A stretch of 64,000 bases of DNA. It comes from Phycisphaerae bacterium. Its GTDB lineage: Bacteria > Planctomycetota > Phycisphaerae > UBA1845. The stretch covers positions 1,856,001-1,920,000 of the forward strand of contig CAXXGO010000001.1 of assembly GCA_963666835.2 (NCBI GenBank). Direction: 5' to 3'. The notes beneath the pieces are model-generated. The model was given only the letters and a program-made list of their open reading frames with translations, did not search any database and was not told where the DNA came from. A program made the position numbers and the translations under genes. Positions 44,104 to 53,693 of this stretch are shown piece after piece; the stretch's first letter is position 1; the number at the start of each line of letters is the position of its first letter.

Positions 44104-45591
44104 GTGGCTGAAGAACTTGCCCGGCAGGTTCGGTCGTTTCGGGGGCGGCGGGTGTTGCTTGTGGGGGATCTGATCCTCGATCGGTACCTGTACGGAGACG
44201 CCGAGCGGATTAGTCCGGAGGCTCCGGTTCCCGTATTGCGCACGGTAGAAACGCGAGAGGCTGTCGGCGGCAGCGCCAATGTGGCGGCGTGCCTGCAGGC
44301 TCTTGGCTGTGAAGTGGTCGTGTGCGGCACGATCGGCCAGGACCAGCACGGGGAGACGCTCAGTTGCCTTCTTGACGAGCTGAGGGTGAACACTGCGGGC
44401 GTGCTTTCCCTGGCAAACCGACCCACGACCACCAAGACCCGGTTGGTCGGGTTGGCACAGCATCGCCACCGGCAGCAACTGCTGCGCGTGGACGAAGAGG
44501 AAACCGGTCCGCTTCCGGAAGAGTCGTCGGCGCGGCTGGCGGGGCTCGCGTGTGATTTGGTGGGCGATGCCGATGTTGTGTGCCTTGAGGATTACGACAA
44601 GGGCGTCATCTCGGATTCCCTGGTGTCGATGATTGTGGAGGAGGCGCGTCGCCACGGATGCCGCGTTCTGGTGGATCCGGCACGCTTGCGCTCGTACGAT
44701 CGCTACCGCGGGACGGACATTCTCACGCCGAACCGGGACGAACTGTCGATTGCCGCCGGTGCTAAGCTCACCACCCTTGATGAGGTTGCGAAAGCGGCGA
44801 CGGCCGTGGTGGATTCGTGCAACGTCGGGGCGATCGTGGCGACGCTCGACCGGGAGGGCGCTTTGGTGGTTGAACGGGGGAGCGTTTGGCATCATCTGCC
44901 GACGGTGCCTCGAAGCGTTTACGACAACACTGGGGCGGGTGATGCCGTTCTGGCGATGCTTGCCGCGGCGGTGGCTGGCGGGGCCGACCTGAAAGCCGCA
45001 GCGCGGCTGGCCAACATTGCGGGAGGCCTCGAGGTCGAGAAGTTCGGGTGTGTGCCTATCACGGCGGACGAAGTGCTGGCGGAGCTGCGGCTCGAGGACC
45101 GAAATCACAATGGCAAGCTCCGATCGGTTGAGGAGCTGGTGGCTGAGCTGACCCTGCGGCGCGATCGCGGCGAGAATGTGGTGTTCACTAACGGGTGTTT
45201 CGACATTCTTCACGCCGGTCATGTGGATTTGTTGAAGCGTTGTCGGCGGGAGGGGGCGCTGCTGGTTGTCGGGCTCAATACGGATGGATCGATCCGCTCG
45301 CTCGATAAGGGATCGGATCGACCCGTTTGCGGGTTTGCCGACCGGGCTGCGGTCCTCGGTGCTTTGGAGTGTGTGGATTACGTGGTGGGTTTTGAGGAGT
45401 CCACGCCCGAGGCGCTGATTCGCAAGATCCGTCCGGATGTGCTGGTCAAGGGGCAAGACTGGGCGGGCAAGACCGTGGTGGGGCAGGAATTCGTGGAGTC
45501 GACCGGCGGGAAGGTTGTTTTACTTCCGTTGGTCGAAGGGCTGAGTACGACGAACTTGATCGAACGCATCCGAAGCGGAAGGCAGAGTTAG
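44104..45591 (+). CDS. hldE: Bifunctional heptose-7-phosphate kinase / heptose-1-phosphate adenylyltransferase
   Basis: RISPEAPVPV, DYDKG, TPN, DNTGAGD; FTNGCFDILHAGH, GLNTD, PDVLVKG, STT. Confidence 0.97.
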   Translation: MAEELARQVRSFRGRRVLLVGDLILDRYLYGDAERISPEAPVPVLRTVETREAVGGSANVAACLQALGCEVVVCGTIGQDQHGETLSCLLDELRVNTAGVLSLANRPTTTKTRLVGLAQHRHRQQLLRVDEEETGPLPEESSARLAGLACDLVGDADVVCLEDYDKGVISDSLVSMIVEEARRHGCRVLVDPARLRSYDRYRGTDILTPNRDELSIAAGAKLTTLDEVAKAATAVVDSCNVGAIVATLDREGALVVERGSVWHHLPTVPRSVYDNTGAGDAVLAMLAAAVAGGADLKAAARLANIAGGLEVEKFGCVPITADEVLAELRLEDRNHNGKLRSVEELVAELTLRRDRGENVVFTNGCFDILHAGHVDLLKRCRREGALLVVGLNTDGSIRSLDKGSDRPVCGFADRAAVLGALECVDYVVGFEESTPEALIRKIRPDVLVKGQDWAGKTVVGQEFVESTGGKVVLLPLVEGLSTTNLIERIRSGRQS

Positions 45592-46157
45592 TGGCCGACA
45601 GTTTTGCAGGTCAGTTCGATGAGCACCAGCGCGTTGTGGATGCCGCCAAGGCCCACGCGGGACTTCTCGAGAGAGTTGCAGATCTCATTACGAGTTGTTT
45701 CAAAGAGGGGGGGCGTCTGTACGTGCTGGGTAATGGTGGGAGCGCGGCCGATGCTCAGCACATCGCCGCGGAACTCGTCGGTCGGTTCAAGCACGATCGG
45801 CAGGCGCTGCCGGCCGTGGCATTGACGACGGACACATCGATCCTCACGGCGGTCAGCAACGATTACGGAGGCGAGGTGTGCTTCCAGCGGCAGGTCGAGG
45901 CGCTGGTTACCAGTAATGACATCGTGTGGGCATTGAGTGTCTCCGGGACGTCGCCCAACGTGGTTAGAGCTCTGGAGAGCGCCAAGAAGATCGGAGCTTC
46001 ATTGATAGGTTTTACCGGGCAGTCCGGCGGCAGGTTCGAAGATATCTGCGACGTGTGTTTCCGCGTGGATCACGAGGACAGCGACCGGGTTCAGGAGGTA
46101 CATGGGCTTGCGTATCACCTGGTTTGCGGCCGGGTCGAGAGTCGTTTTCTGAAATAG
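45591..46157 (+). CDS. gmhA: Phosphoheptose isomerase (SIS domain)
   Basis: GNGGSAADAQH, LTTDTS, NDYG, SGTSPNV, VQEVH. Confidence 0.96.
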   Translation: MADSFAGQFDEHQRVVDAAKAHAGLLERVADLITSCFKEGGRLYVLGNGGSAADAQHIAAELVGRFKHDRQALPAVALTTDTSILTAVSNDYGGEVCFQRQVEALVTSNDIVWALSVSGTSPNVVRALESAKKIGASLIGFTGQSGGRFEDICDVCFRVDHEDSDRVQEVHGLAYHLVCGRVESRFLK

Positions 46158-46184
46158 CAGCTTGCTTGCGGAAAGGTAGCTGGC

Positions 46185-47111
46185 ATGAACATACTCATAA
46201 CCGGTTCGAGCGGGCAGATCGGTACTAACACGGCTTTGGCATTGCTGGAGCGCGGCGACACGGTTGTCGGAGTGGATTGCCGAGAGAACACCTGGGTCGA
46301 CCGGTTCGAGACGATCAAGCTCAATCTGATCGACGGGGCGCCCGCTGGACTACCCGACGGAAGCCGGTTCGACGCGGTTCTTCATCTGGCGGCGAATGCG
46401 AAGGTCTTCGAATTGGTCGAGCATCCCGAGCGGGCCATGGACAACATCAAGAGCCTCTTCGGTGTGCTAGAGTACTGCCGGCTCAACAAGCTGCCGATCA
46501 TCTTCGCCAGCTCGCGCGAAGTGTACGGCGATATTCACCGCCACGTGACCGACGAAGCATCTGCGGATTTCGTCGTGGCTGAGAGCCCGTATAGTGCCAG
46601 CAAGATCGCCGGGGAGGCGCTCATTTACTCGTATGCTCAATGCTATGGGCTGCCGTTCTTGGTCTTTCGATTCAGCAACGTGTACGGCCGGTACGACAAC
46701 GACATCGAGCGGCTCGAGCGCGTGATCCCGCTGTTCATCGATCGTATCGCCCGCGAGCGGCCCATAGTAGTGTACGGGAAGGAGAAGGTGCTGGATTTCA
46801 CGTACGTGGACGATGCGGTGGCAGGGGTCCTGGCCGGAATAGACGCCCTCGTCTCCGGGCGAGTCGTGGGTCAGACGGTCAACTTAGCGTGCGGGCAGGG
46901 CAGCACCCTGGTTGATGTGGTCAACATAGTTTCATTGGCTTTGCAGAAGAAGCCGCGGGTGACCTACGAACCGTCGCGGGCGGGTGAAGTCACTCGGTAC
47001 GTCGCGGACATTACCAAGGCTCGTGAGCTGCTGGCGTACGAACCGCAAGTCCCATTCAGCACCGGTCTCATTCTAGCCGTGGAGTGGGGGGCGAAGTCAA
47101 ATCGCAAGTGA
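46185..47111 (+). CDS. NAD-dependent epimerase/dehydratase (extended SDR)
   Basis: ITGSSGQIG, HLAA, ASSREVYG, YSASK, RFSNVYG, DFTYVDD. Confidence 0.93.
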   Translation: MNILITGSSGQIGTNTALALLERGDTVVGVDCRENTWVDRFETIKLNLIDGAPAGLPDGSRFDAVLHLAANAKVFELVEHPERAMDNIKSLFGVLEYCRLNKLPIIFASSREVYGDIHRHVTDEASADFVVAESPYSASKIAGEALIYSYAQCYGLPFLVFRFSNVYGRYDNDIERLERVIPLFIDRIARERPIVVYGKEKVLDFTYVDDAVAGVLAGIDALVSGRVVGQTVNLACGQGSTLVDVVNIVSLALQKKPRVTYEPSRAGEVTRYVADITKARELLAYEPQVPFSTGLILAVEWGAKSNRK

Positions 47112-47151
47112 ACCCCCCCCCCTTTCGGCGCAGCGATGTGCTGTGGAAAGG

Positions 47152-47940
47152 TCACTCGTTCCGCGATTCGCGTACTCGGATCAGTACGTCATCGGGGTCG
47201 ATCCGATCCTGAATGCGGCTGGAGATGTACTTCCAGACGATCCTGCCTTGCCGGTCGATCAGCACGTGTGCGGGAATGGCGATGTCGCTGTCGTCCAGGG
47301 CGCCGCCTTTGTGTAACAGGCCGAACGCCCGGATGACTTCACGCTCGGTATCACAAATAACGGAGAAGTTCAGGTTGTTGCGCTCGACCATGCGGCGGGC
47401 GTCGGACGGGGCATCCGCGGCAATGGCCAACAACCTGCCACCCTGAGATCGCAGTTCCTCAGCTACGGCTCCGAGACCTCGGAGTTCAGCTACGCACCAG
47501 GGTCACCAATGCCCGCGATAGAATACCAGCAAGACCGGACCACGCGCATGCGCTTCTCGGAGCGAAATCGGAGTACCCGTATGATCCGCAACGGTGAAGT
47601 CAGGGGCAGTTTCCACCGTGACAGCAGCGGAAGGGGCCGGAAGGGACGCGCCGATATAGAACGCATATACGAAGGCGGCCAGCAGAGCCAAGTTAAACGC
47701 GCCGAGAATGCGAACCGCGGTTCGACGATCGCGCCACAACGCCGACAGAGTGAGTACTCCGCCGGCCGCCATTATACCTACGGCCACAGCGCCGCTTGAA
47801 CGCATCGCAGGGTTATCGATAAGCAGAGCGTATGCCAGGGGGCCGGCAAACATCAAACCCAGCCCGGCCACCACTGACCCCGTTGCGTGCACCTCGTCCG
47901 GTGGTTTGTCCATCGTGAAGCTCTCCAGTTCGAAGCCCAT
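47152..47940 (-). CDS. Membrane-anchored AhpC/TSA (peroxiredoxin-like) selenoprotein with a UxxC active site
   Basis: ORFs 47503-47940 and 47152-47433 share a frame and are joined through the TGA at 47503-47505: APDFT...GPVLLVFYRGHW-U-PWCVAEL...PAHVLIDRQGRIVW. Three N-terminal TM helices. The start may be 47913. Confidence 0.9.
47461..47491 (-). promoter_or_regulatory. Bacterial SECIS element
   Basis: mRNA downstream of the UGA reads AGCUGAA-CUCCG-AGGUCU-CGGAG-CCGUAGCU, with the apical AGGUCU loop 23 nt after the UGA. Confidence 0.8.
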
Positions 47941-47949
47941 GCGCGACCG

Positions 47950-49027
47950 CTATGCTTCGGGGGCGACCGCGGGGCGTTGCCATTCCGTCGCCGACGCACA
48001 CTTGGCGAGTTGGCAGGCCAAGTGAATCGCTTCTTTCATGCTCCCGGCGTCCGCCGCGTCGGTTCCGGCAATGTCGAAGGCGGTGCCGTGATCGACGCTC
48101 GTACGAATGATGGGCAGACCCAGGGTGACGTTTACCGCAGTGTCAAACGCGAGCATTTTGACCGGGATCAAGGCCTGGTCCATGGTACATTGCCACGATG
48201 CCATCGAACCGAGAGCGCATCCGCGGTGTGAACAGAGTGTCCGCGGGGAACGGTCCGTCGACGTCTATGCCCGCGTTGCGGGCCATCTGCATGGCGGGTC
48301 GAATCACCCGTTCTTCTTCGTCACCGAATTGCTGATCCTCACCCGCGTGAGGGTTCAACGCCGCTACCGCTATGCGGGGATCGGTTATTCCAAACCACTT
48401 CGTTAAGGCAGTGTGGAGCAGGTCGATAGGCTGAAACACGAGCCCGATAGTGAACTTGTTGCGGAGTTCGAAAAGCCCCAAGTGAGTGCTGGCAAGGGCG
48501 ACTCGCAGCCCGCCTCCGACGAAGGCCATCGTTACCCGCTTAGCCTTGAAGGCGTCGGCAAGCTTGTCAGTATGTCCGGCAAACCGGCAGCCGGCGAGCT
48601 TCCAACTGACCTTCTGGATTGGGGCGGTAACTATGGCGTCGATCGCGCCGTCTCGGGCGGCTTCGATGGCGTCATCGAAGAACCGCAGGCTGGCGTGTCC
48701 TCCTTCTGCGGTAGGCCGGGCGACCACCCAGCTCCCCGCCTTGTATTCGTCGTAATTACGAACGACGACGCCGGAGTCGATCCGCATCGGTTCATCCGGG
48801 CGGATCGTGAACCAGAACGGCCGAATCGCTGCGGTGTCCGCCGCCGCCGTTAGCACGTCGTCGACACCGTAAATGACGAATCTGCCCAGCGCGCGGATGT
48901 CGGGATCGGCCAGGGCCTTGACAATCACCTCGGCCCCAATGCCGGCCGGGTCGCCCATTGTGATTCCGACGAGCGGCAGCCTGGCGTCGGGGAGTCTCTG
49001 GTTGTGCGTCATGAAGTCGGCCGTCAT
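47950..49027 (-). pseudogene. pdxA: 4-hydroxythreonine-4-phosphate dehydrogenase PdxA, frameshifted (possibly a sequencing error)
   Basis: GDPAGIGAE, GHT, LNPHAGE, GPFPADT, AMYH, then an extra G at about 48180-48181; continues in another frame as [31 protein letters not shown]. Confidence 0.9.
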
Positions 49028-49668
49028 GCGAATCCTGATTCCCGCAAGGTCTCGAACGACAGAGACTTCCCCGGCGATACGTTAGAAAGCCGGTGCATGA
49101 TCGTACGCACGATCAGGTCCGACTCGATGTTCACCTTATCTCCCGTCCGCAGCGTTTCCATAGTAGTCTCGTTCAAAGTTGTCGGGATGAGTGCCACCGA
49201 GAACTCGCCGTTTCCGACGTGGGCGATGGTTAACGAGACCCCGTCAATCGCGACCGAGCCCTTCGGGACGAGCAGGGGCAACAAGTGCGGTTGGGGTCTG
49301 ACCCAGCAGACCCACTCGCGCGCGGTTGATTGGATGCGGGCGATCGTGCCGCTTCCGTCGACGTGCCCTTGCACGAAGTGACCGTCCAGCCGCCCGTCCG
49401 CGCGCAACGCCCGTTCGATGTTCACGCGGCTGCCCAGCGGTTTCGTTCCCAGAGTGCTCGTGTCCAAGGTCTGCGAGACTACGTCGAATTCGACAGAGTC
49501 GGCAGCGACGTTCGAGACGGTCAGGCAAACGCCGTGTACTGCGATGCTCGCCCCGAGGGAGGTTTCGGCCGCAATGACCGAGCCCACTGCGACGCGCAAG
49601 CGACGTCCTCCCGGCACAGCCGAGCTGCCGGTGATGGTGCCGATAGTCTCAATGATACCTGTAAACAT
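49024..49668 (-). CDS. ribE: Riboflavin synthase (alpha chain)
   Basis: MFTGII, GVCLTV, VNIERAL, GHFVQGHVD, KGSVAIDGVSLT. Confidence 0.97.
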   Translation of the reverse strand: MFTGIIETIGTITGSSAVPGGRRLRVAVGSVIAAETSLGASIAVHGVCLTVSNVAADSVEFDVVSQTLDTSTLGTKPLGSRVNIERALRADGRLDGHFVQGHVDGSGTIARIQSTAREWVCWVRPQPHLLPLLVPKGSVAIDGVSLTIAHVGNGEFSVALIPTTLNETTMETLRTGDKVNIESDLIVRTIMHRLSNVSPGKSLSFETLRESGFA

Positions 49669-49932
49669 GGACTCTGTGTCCTTACTGCCGGATGAACGCT
49701 CCGTGCCCCATCCTCTCGGAGGGCAGGAGAACCTACTGACGGTTATCCTTCGGCGAAACGGAGTCTCCGACCACTCTGCTGAACCGAGCGCTTTTCCAAC
49801 TGCCGATGACCGACGGACTGGCCAGCGGGTCAGATGCTACGATGGCGCCATCTGATGTCAAGAAAGTCACAGGACCGGGCAGGCAGGCTCTGTCCGCGGA
49901 CGGACGAGTGCGGGGGGAGTAGATTCAGGACC

Positions 49933-50172
49933 TCAAAGGTCCAGCAGAGCATTGATCAGCTCTTCGTCCTCGATACCGAGATCGCGGAACTCCTGACGTT
50001 TCCCATCCTCGCTAAGGTCGGCATCCTCGGCTATGTTGGTCAGATCCTCCACAGAGAAGAGCTGGCCGTCCGTGCCGACAAGGCGGTTGGAGAACTCGAC
50101 ATCGATGAGGCTTCCACATCCGGCGAGGGCGGCCGTCGCCACCGCGGCCGACCATATTGCAGCGTGTTTCAT
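49933..50172 (-). CDS. Small acidic lipoprotein (79 aa)
   Basis: MKHAAIWSAAVATAALAGC lipobox. It is hidden at the tail of the 554-aa ORF produced by the upstream frameshift. Confidence 0.75.
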   Translation of the reverse strand: MKHAAIWSAAVATAALAGCGSLIDVEFSNRLVGTDGQLFSVEDLTNIAEDADLSEDGKRQEFRDLGIEDEELINALLDL

Positions 50173-50267
50173 AGTCAAGTCCCTCAGACGACGTTGGGTC
50201 GTACAGGTTCCACACTTCACGTATTCTACGCGAGCCGAAGCGGCACGCAATCGGGGGGATCGGCCGG

Positions 50268-51510
50268 CTACCGGGGTACGCGTACGGAACTGCGGGCGAG
50301 TTGGGCCGCCGGAAGGACCTGACTGGTCGGCATCGAGGCCACCCGCGCCGATGATCGGATTCGCGTTTCGATCATCTCGGAGAGGCGTTCGACCTTGGGT
50401 AGCCACGATTCCTTTTCCACGACCTTGCTTATTTCCTGCCGGCGTCCCGGGTAATCGGTGGCCAGCGCCTGGTCGCACGCCTCGGCGAAACGCTGGGCGG
50501 TGTCCGCGATAGTAATCGGTCCCAGGAAGGGCTCCGCCTCCGGCAGCGGGGTGGATACGATCGGCAATCCGGCGGCCAAGTACTCGTGCATCTTGATCGG
50601 GTTGACCGTTCGTGTCAGCGGGCTGTCCACGAAGGGGAGCAGTCCGGCGTCGAAGCCCGCGCAGTACTGGGGGGAGTACGTCGATCGAACGCCGGCCCAG
50701 CAGAAAGACGTTGGGCAGACGTTCCAGGGTGGACACGTCACGTTTGCAGTCGCCGATTAAAACGAACGAGTATTCCGGGCGAAGGCGGGCGACCCGGGCG
50801 ATCAGCGCGCAGTCGATCCAAAAGTGAATCAGCCCGAAGAACCCGAAGATTGGGCGAGGCACCGACGCCAGATCCGCGGGACACGTCAGCGGCTTCCGCC
50901 AAGCGGCGGCGAAGTGGTCGAAGTCCACGCCGTGCCGCACAAGGCTGACGTCGGGGCGGCGGACGCTTTTGGCTTTCCGTAATGCCTCGGAGGTTGTGAC
51001 CACGATATCTGCGCGGTCGATAAGCTCGTTCTCGGCGCGCAGGATGGCCTGCTCGTCGACCCCTTCAAACTGGCTGTGTTCGTCGACGCAGTAATAGAGG
51101 AAACACTCCTCGTTGAATTTCCCAGCGAGGTAGGGTACATCCGGAGCGAAAGACCACACCTGACGGGGTTTGTTTCGGGCGTTGGGAACGGAACGGATTG
51201 CTCGTCTGATCTGGGCGATGAGCATTCGCTGGTGGACGCGGCTCAGAATCGGGCCGGTTGCTCCCGGGATTACCAAGGGCGTTATCTGGGTCATCGTCGG
51301 GGTGACGCGGGTGATACCCCCCAGAAAGCGGCGTAACACCGAGCAACTGGCCTGAAAGTCGGCCCTACTGAACGTGGGGCGGCGAGTTCCATGATAGTTA
51401 ACCCAGACGACATCATTATGTCGTGCGAGGATCTTCATGATCTGGTGCTTGCTCGTCGGGTCGTAGTCCCACGAACTGGCCAGACAGATGATGATACGTC
51501 CCTCGATCAC
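50268..51510 (-). pseudogene. GT4-type glycosyltransferase, +1 frameshift in a G6 tract (possibly a sequencing error)
   Basis: N-part WDYDPTSKHQ..YYCVDEH..HGVD..GFFG..LLGRR; C-part in another frame YCAGFDAGLLPF..NPIKMHEYLAAGLPIVST. The junction is at G6, 50669-50674. Confidence 0.85.
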
Positions 51511-51640
51511 AGCAACCCCTCTACGCTGACGATGGTTGTAACGCCTACGCGAGCCCCGCGAGTCTCTGCGGCCGCAGAGGCTTGTCGGTTGGAGCACATT
51601 GGACTTGTGCTCACTCGTTCACTCGGTTGGGATCCGTACG

Positions 51641-52552
51641 TCACGCTTCGTCCACCGTCTTCTTATAGTAGTCGTAGTACCTGTAGTAGTTGTATCCGTA
51701 CCCGTAATTGAAACCGTAGTGTCCGCCGGGGGCGTCGCGGCCGACCAACAGGCAACCCGTTATCGGGATGTTGTTGACCTGCAGCAGGCGAACAGCTCGT
51801 TTGGCGGCTCCCTCGTCCGTGCGATGGAGCCGCACGACAACAATGACGCCGTCGCACATCTGGCCGATGACGCCTACGTCGGAGACCGTAGTAGCCGGCG
51901 GCGTGTCGATCAATGTGTAGTGGAACTCGGTCTGAAGCTGATGGCAGACGGCCCGCGCAGTCGGGGAAGTCAGCAGTTGCGTGGCGGAATGCTGCCGGGT
52001 GTTGCCTGCCGGGACAAACATCAGGTTGGGAATCGGGGTGCTCCGGACCACCTCTTGGAGGCCGGCCTCTCCGCATAGTACATCTGCCAGGCCGGGCTTG
52101 TCCGGCTGATTGAGCATCCGGGCCAACGATCCGCGGCGGAAGTCGCAATCGACGACCACGACCTTCATGTGGCGGATCTCCGCCAGGCTACAACCGAGGT
52201 TGAGAGTCGTAACGCTTTTGCCCTCCTTCGGAACCGCGCTGGTTATTGCGTGTACGCGATGTTCGAAGTGTGGGTTCTGGCTGAGCAGCCGGGTACGCAA
52301 CGAGCGGTACTGTTCGGTGATCAACGATGATCGTTCATAGTAGGGCACGAGAGACTCAGACAGCCCCTGGACCAGCGTGATCGGCTCGTCGGACTCGTGG
52401 GCACCTTCCTCGACGGAGGCGACGCCCGACGTTTGGGCGTGCGGAGGCGGCTCGACCAACAGACCCGTCCCGCCGCTGTTGGAGGCTGGCGAGGATCGAG
52501 CCATTCGTCGCTCGTGTTCCGCTCGTTTGAGTGCGTCTGCGATTCTGCCCAT
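51641..52552 (-). CDS. CpsD/CapB-family bacterial tyrosine kinase (stand-alone)
   Basis: EQYRSLRT, ITSAVPKEGKS, VDCDFRR, IDTPP; C-terminal Tyr cluster. Confidence 0.94.
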   Translation of the reverse strand: MGRIADALKRAEHERRMARSSPASNSGGTGLLVEPPPHAQTSGVASVEEGAHESDEPITLVQGLSESLVPYYERSSLITEQYRSLRTRLLSQNPHFEHRVHAITSAVPKEGKSVTTLNLGCSLAEIRHMKVVVVDCDFRRGSLARMLNQPDKPGLADVLCGEAGLQEVVRSTPIPNLMFVPAGNTRQHSATQLLTSPTARAVCHQLQTEFHYTLIDTPPATTVSDVGVIGQMCDGVIVVVRLHRTDEGAAKRAVRLLQVNNIPITGCLLVGRDAPGGHYGFNYGYGYNYYRYYDYYKKTVDEA

Positions 52553-52606
52553 TAACAATAATCTCGCAGGCTGATCTTCCCGACCTCGTGCCGGGTCGGA
52601 TGCTCC

Positions 52607-53368
52607 CTAGTACCCTTGGGTGTACGTCCCGTGTATTCCGCGGCGGTTGCCGTCGTAGGCACCTTCCATGGAGTAGTAGGCGTTCGCCGGTCCGGTATAG
52701 GCGCGGACGACCGGTCCCACTGGGTAGAGAATCTCTTGAACACGTTGCCCCAACCAGGCGGACGGCGTCGGTGGGATGTAGACGATGTCATCCGGCTCCA
52801 GAAGGATGTTCTTACTCCAATCTCCGGTCTTGATCATCTTGTCGACGTCCACGACTATCGTACGCACCGGGTGTTCCCCGTGCGCCGGTCGGATCACCTT
52901 CACCCGGCTGGTCCATGACAGGAAGTTGACGCCGGAGCTGAGCACGGCGTCCAGAAGAGTGTCACGTCCGGTATACGGGCGAGGGCCCACCGATCCCTGA
53001 CCACACACGTAGTACTTCTTGCTGGCGAAGCCGACGCGTACGCTGACCTTCGGGTCGACGTAGTAGCGACTGAGCAGCACTTCCAGCTTGGCCGCGATCT
53101 CCTTGGCCGTCATTCCCACGACCTTTACCGGGCCCAGCAGCCGTAGTCCGATTTTCCCGTCGGGTTGAATCTGCTGGGAGTCGCCGTCGATTTCGAGGAT
53201 CCGCGGGGCGCTGATGGCGATTGTGTCGGGAATGCCTACGCGGTATTCCATCGCGGAGACCTGGTGTTCATGCTCACGGAGGAAATGGAGCATGTCCGTG
53301 TTGTCTACCGAGCAACCCGTGGCGCAGACCAGGAGGGTCGGAATGATCCACTGGCGAATGGTTGTCAT
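52607..53368 (-). CDS. Polysaccharide export (Wza/OPX-like) lipoprotein
   Basis: Lipobox ATGC, YRVGIPD, IQPDGKI, PKVSV, LEPDDIVYIP. Confidence 0.88.
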   Translation of the reverse strand: MTTIRQWIIPTLLVCATGCSVDNTDMLHFLREHEHQVSAMEYRVGIPDTIAISAPRILEIDGDSQQIQPDGKIGLRLLGPVKVVGMTAKEIAAKLEVLLSRYYVDPKVSVRVGFASKKYYVCGQGSVGPRPYTGRDTLLDAVLSSGVNFLSWTSRVKVIRPAHGEHPVRTIVVDVDKMIKTGDWSKNILLEPDDIVYIPPTPSAWLGQRVQEILYPVGPVVRAYTGPANAYYSMEGAYDGNRRGIHGTYTQGY

Positions 53369-53693
53369 TGGACATCTCCACACGCTCAGGAAACGGGCTT
53401 CATCGCCGCATCCCGATAATCGTCCCTGAGCCGTCCGCGTAGCGCATCCATTCGCTCCCATGCGGACTTATCGGGTTCTCTATTGCTTATCTGAACCTTG
53501 ATCGCTCCTAATCCGCACCGCGAAAAAATGCCATTACCGGCCCTATAAGCGGTGAAAACCGGCGTTTTTATAGGCTGGTCCGGAAACATCGCCGGATGGT
53601 CCTCAAGGGCCTGGTTTCAAGGGCCGATATTCCAAGGCGCGACCATGGTCCTCCATTGAATGGAGAAGGCTCCACCCACGCAGAGAGAGTCAC

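Noticed and set aside
47113..47122. C10 homopolymer as a phase-variation tract
   Set aside because: It lies between convergent stop codons, so it has no evident coding or promoter effect.
49669..49930. FMN riboswitch upstream of ribE
   Set aside because: The conserved RFN segments (AGGGTGAAATTCCC..., AGTCCGGATGGGAG) are not present on the minus strand.
49933..51597. 554-aa glycosyltransferase-lipoprotein fusion ORF
   Set aside because: Artifact of the +1 frameshift; it is two genes.
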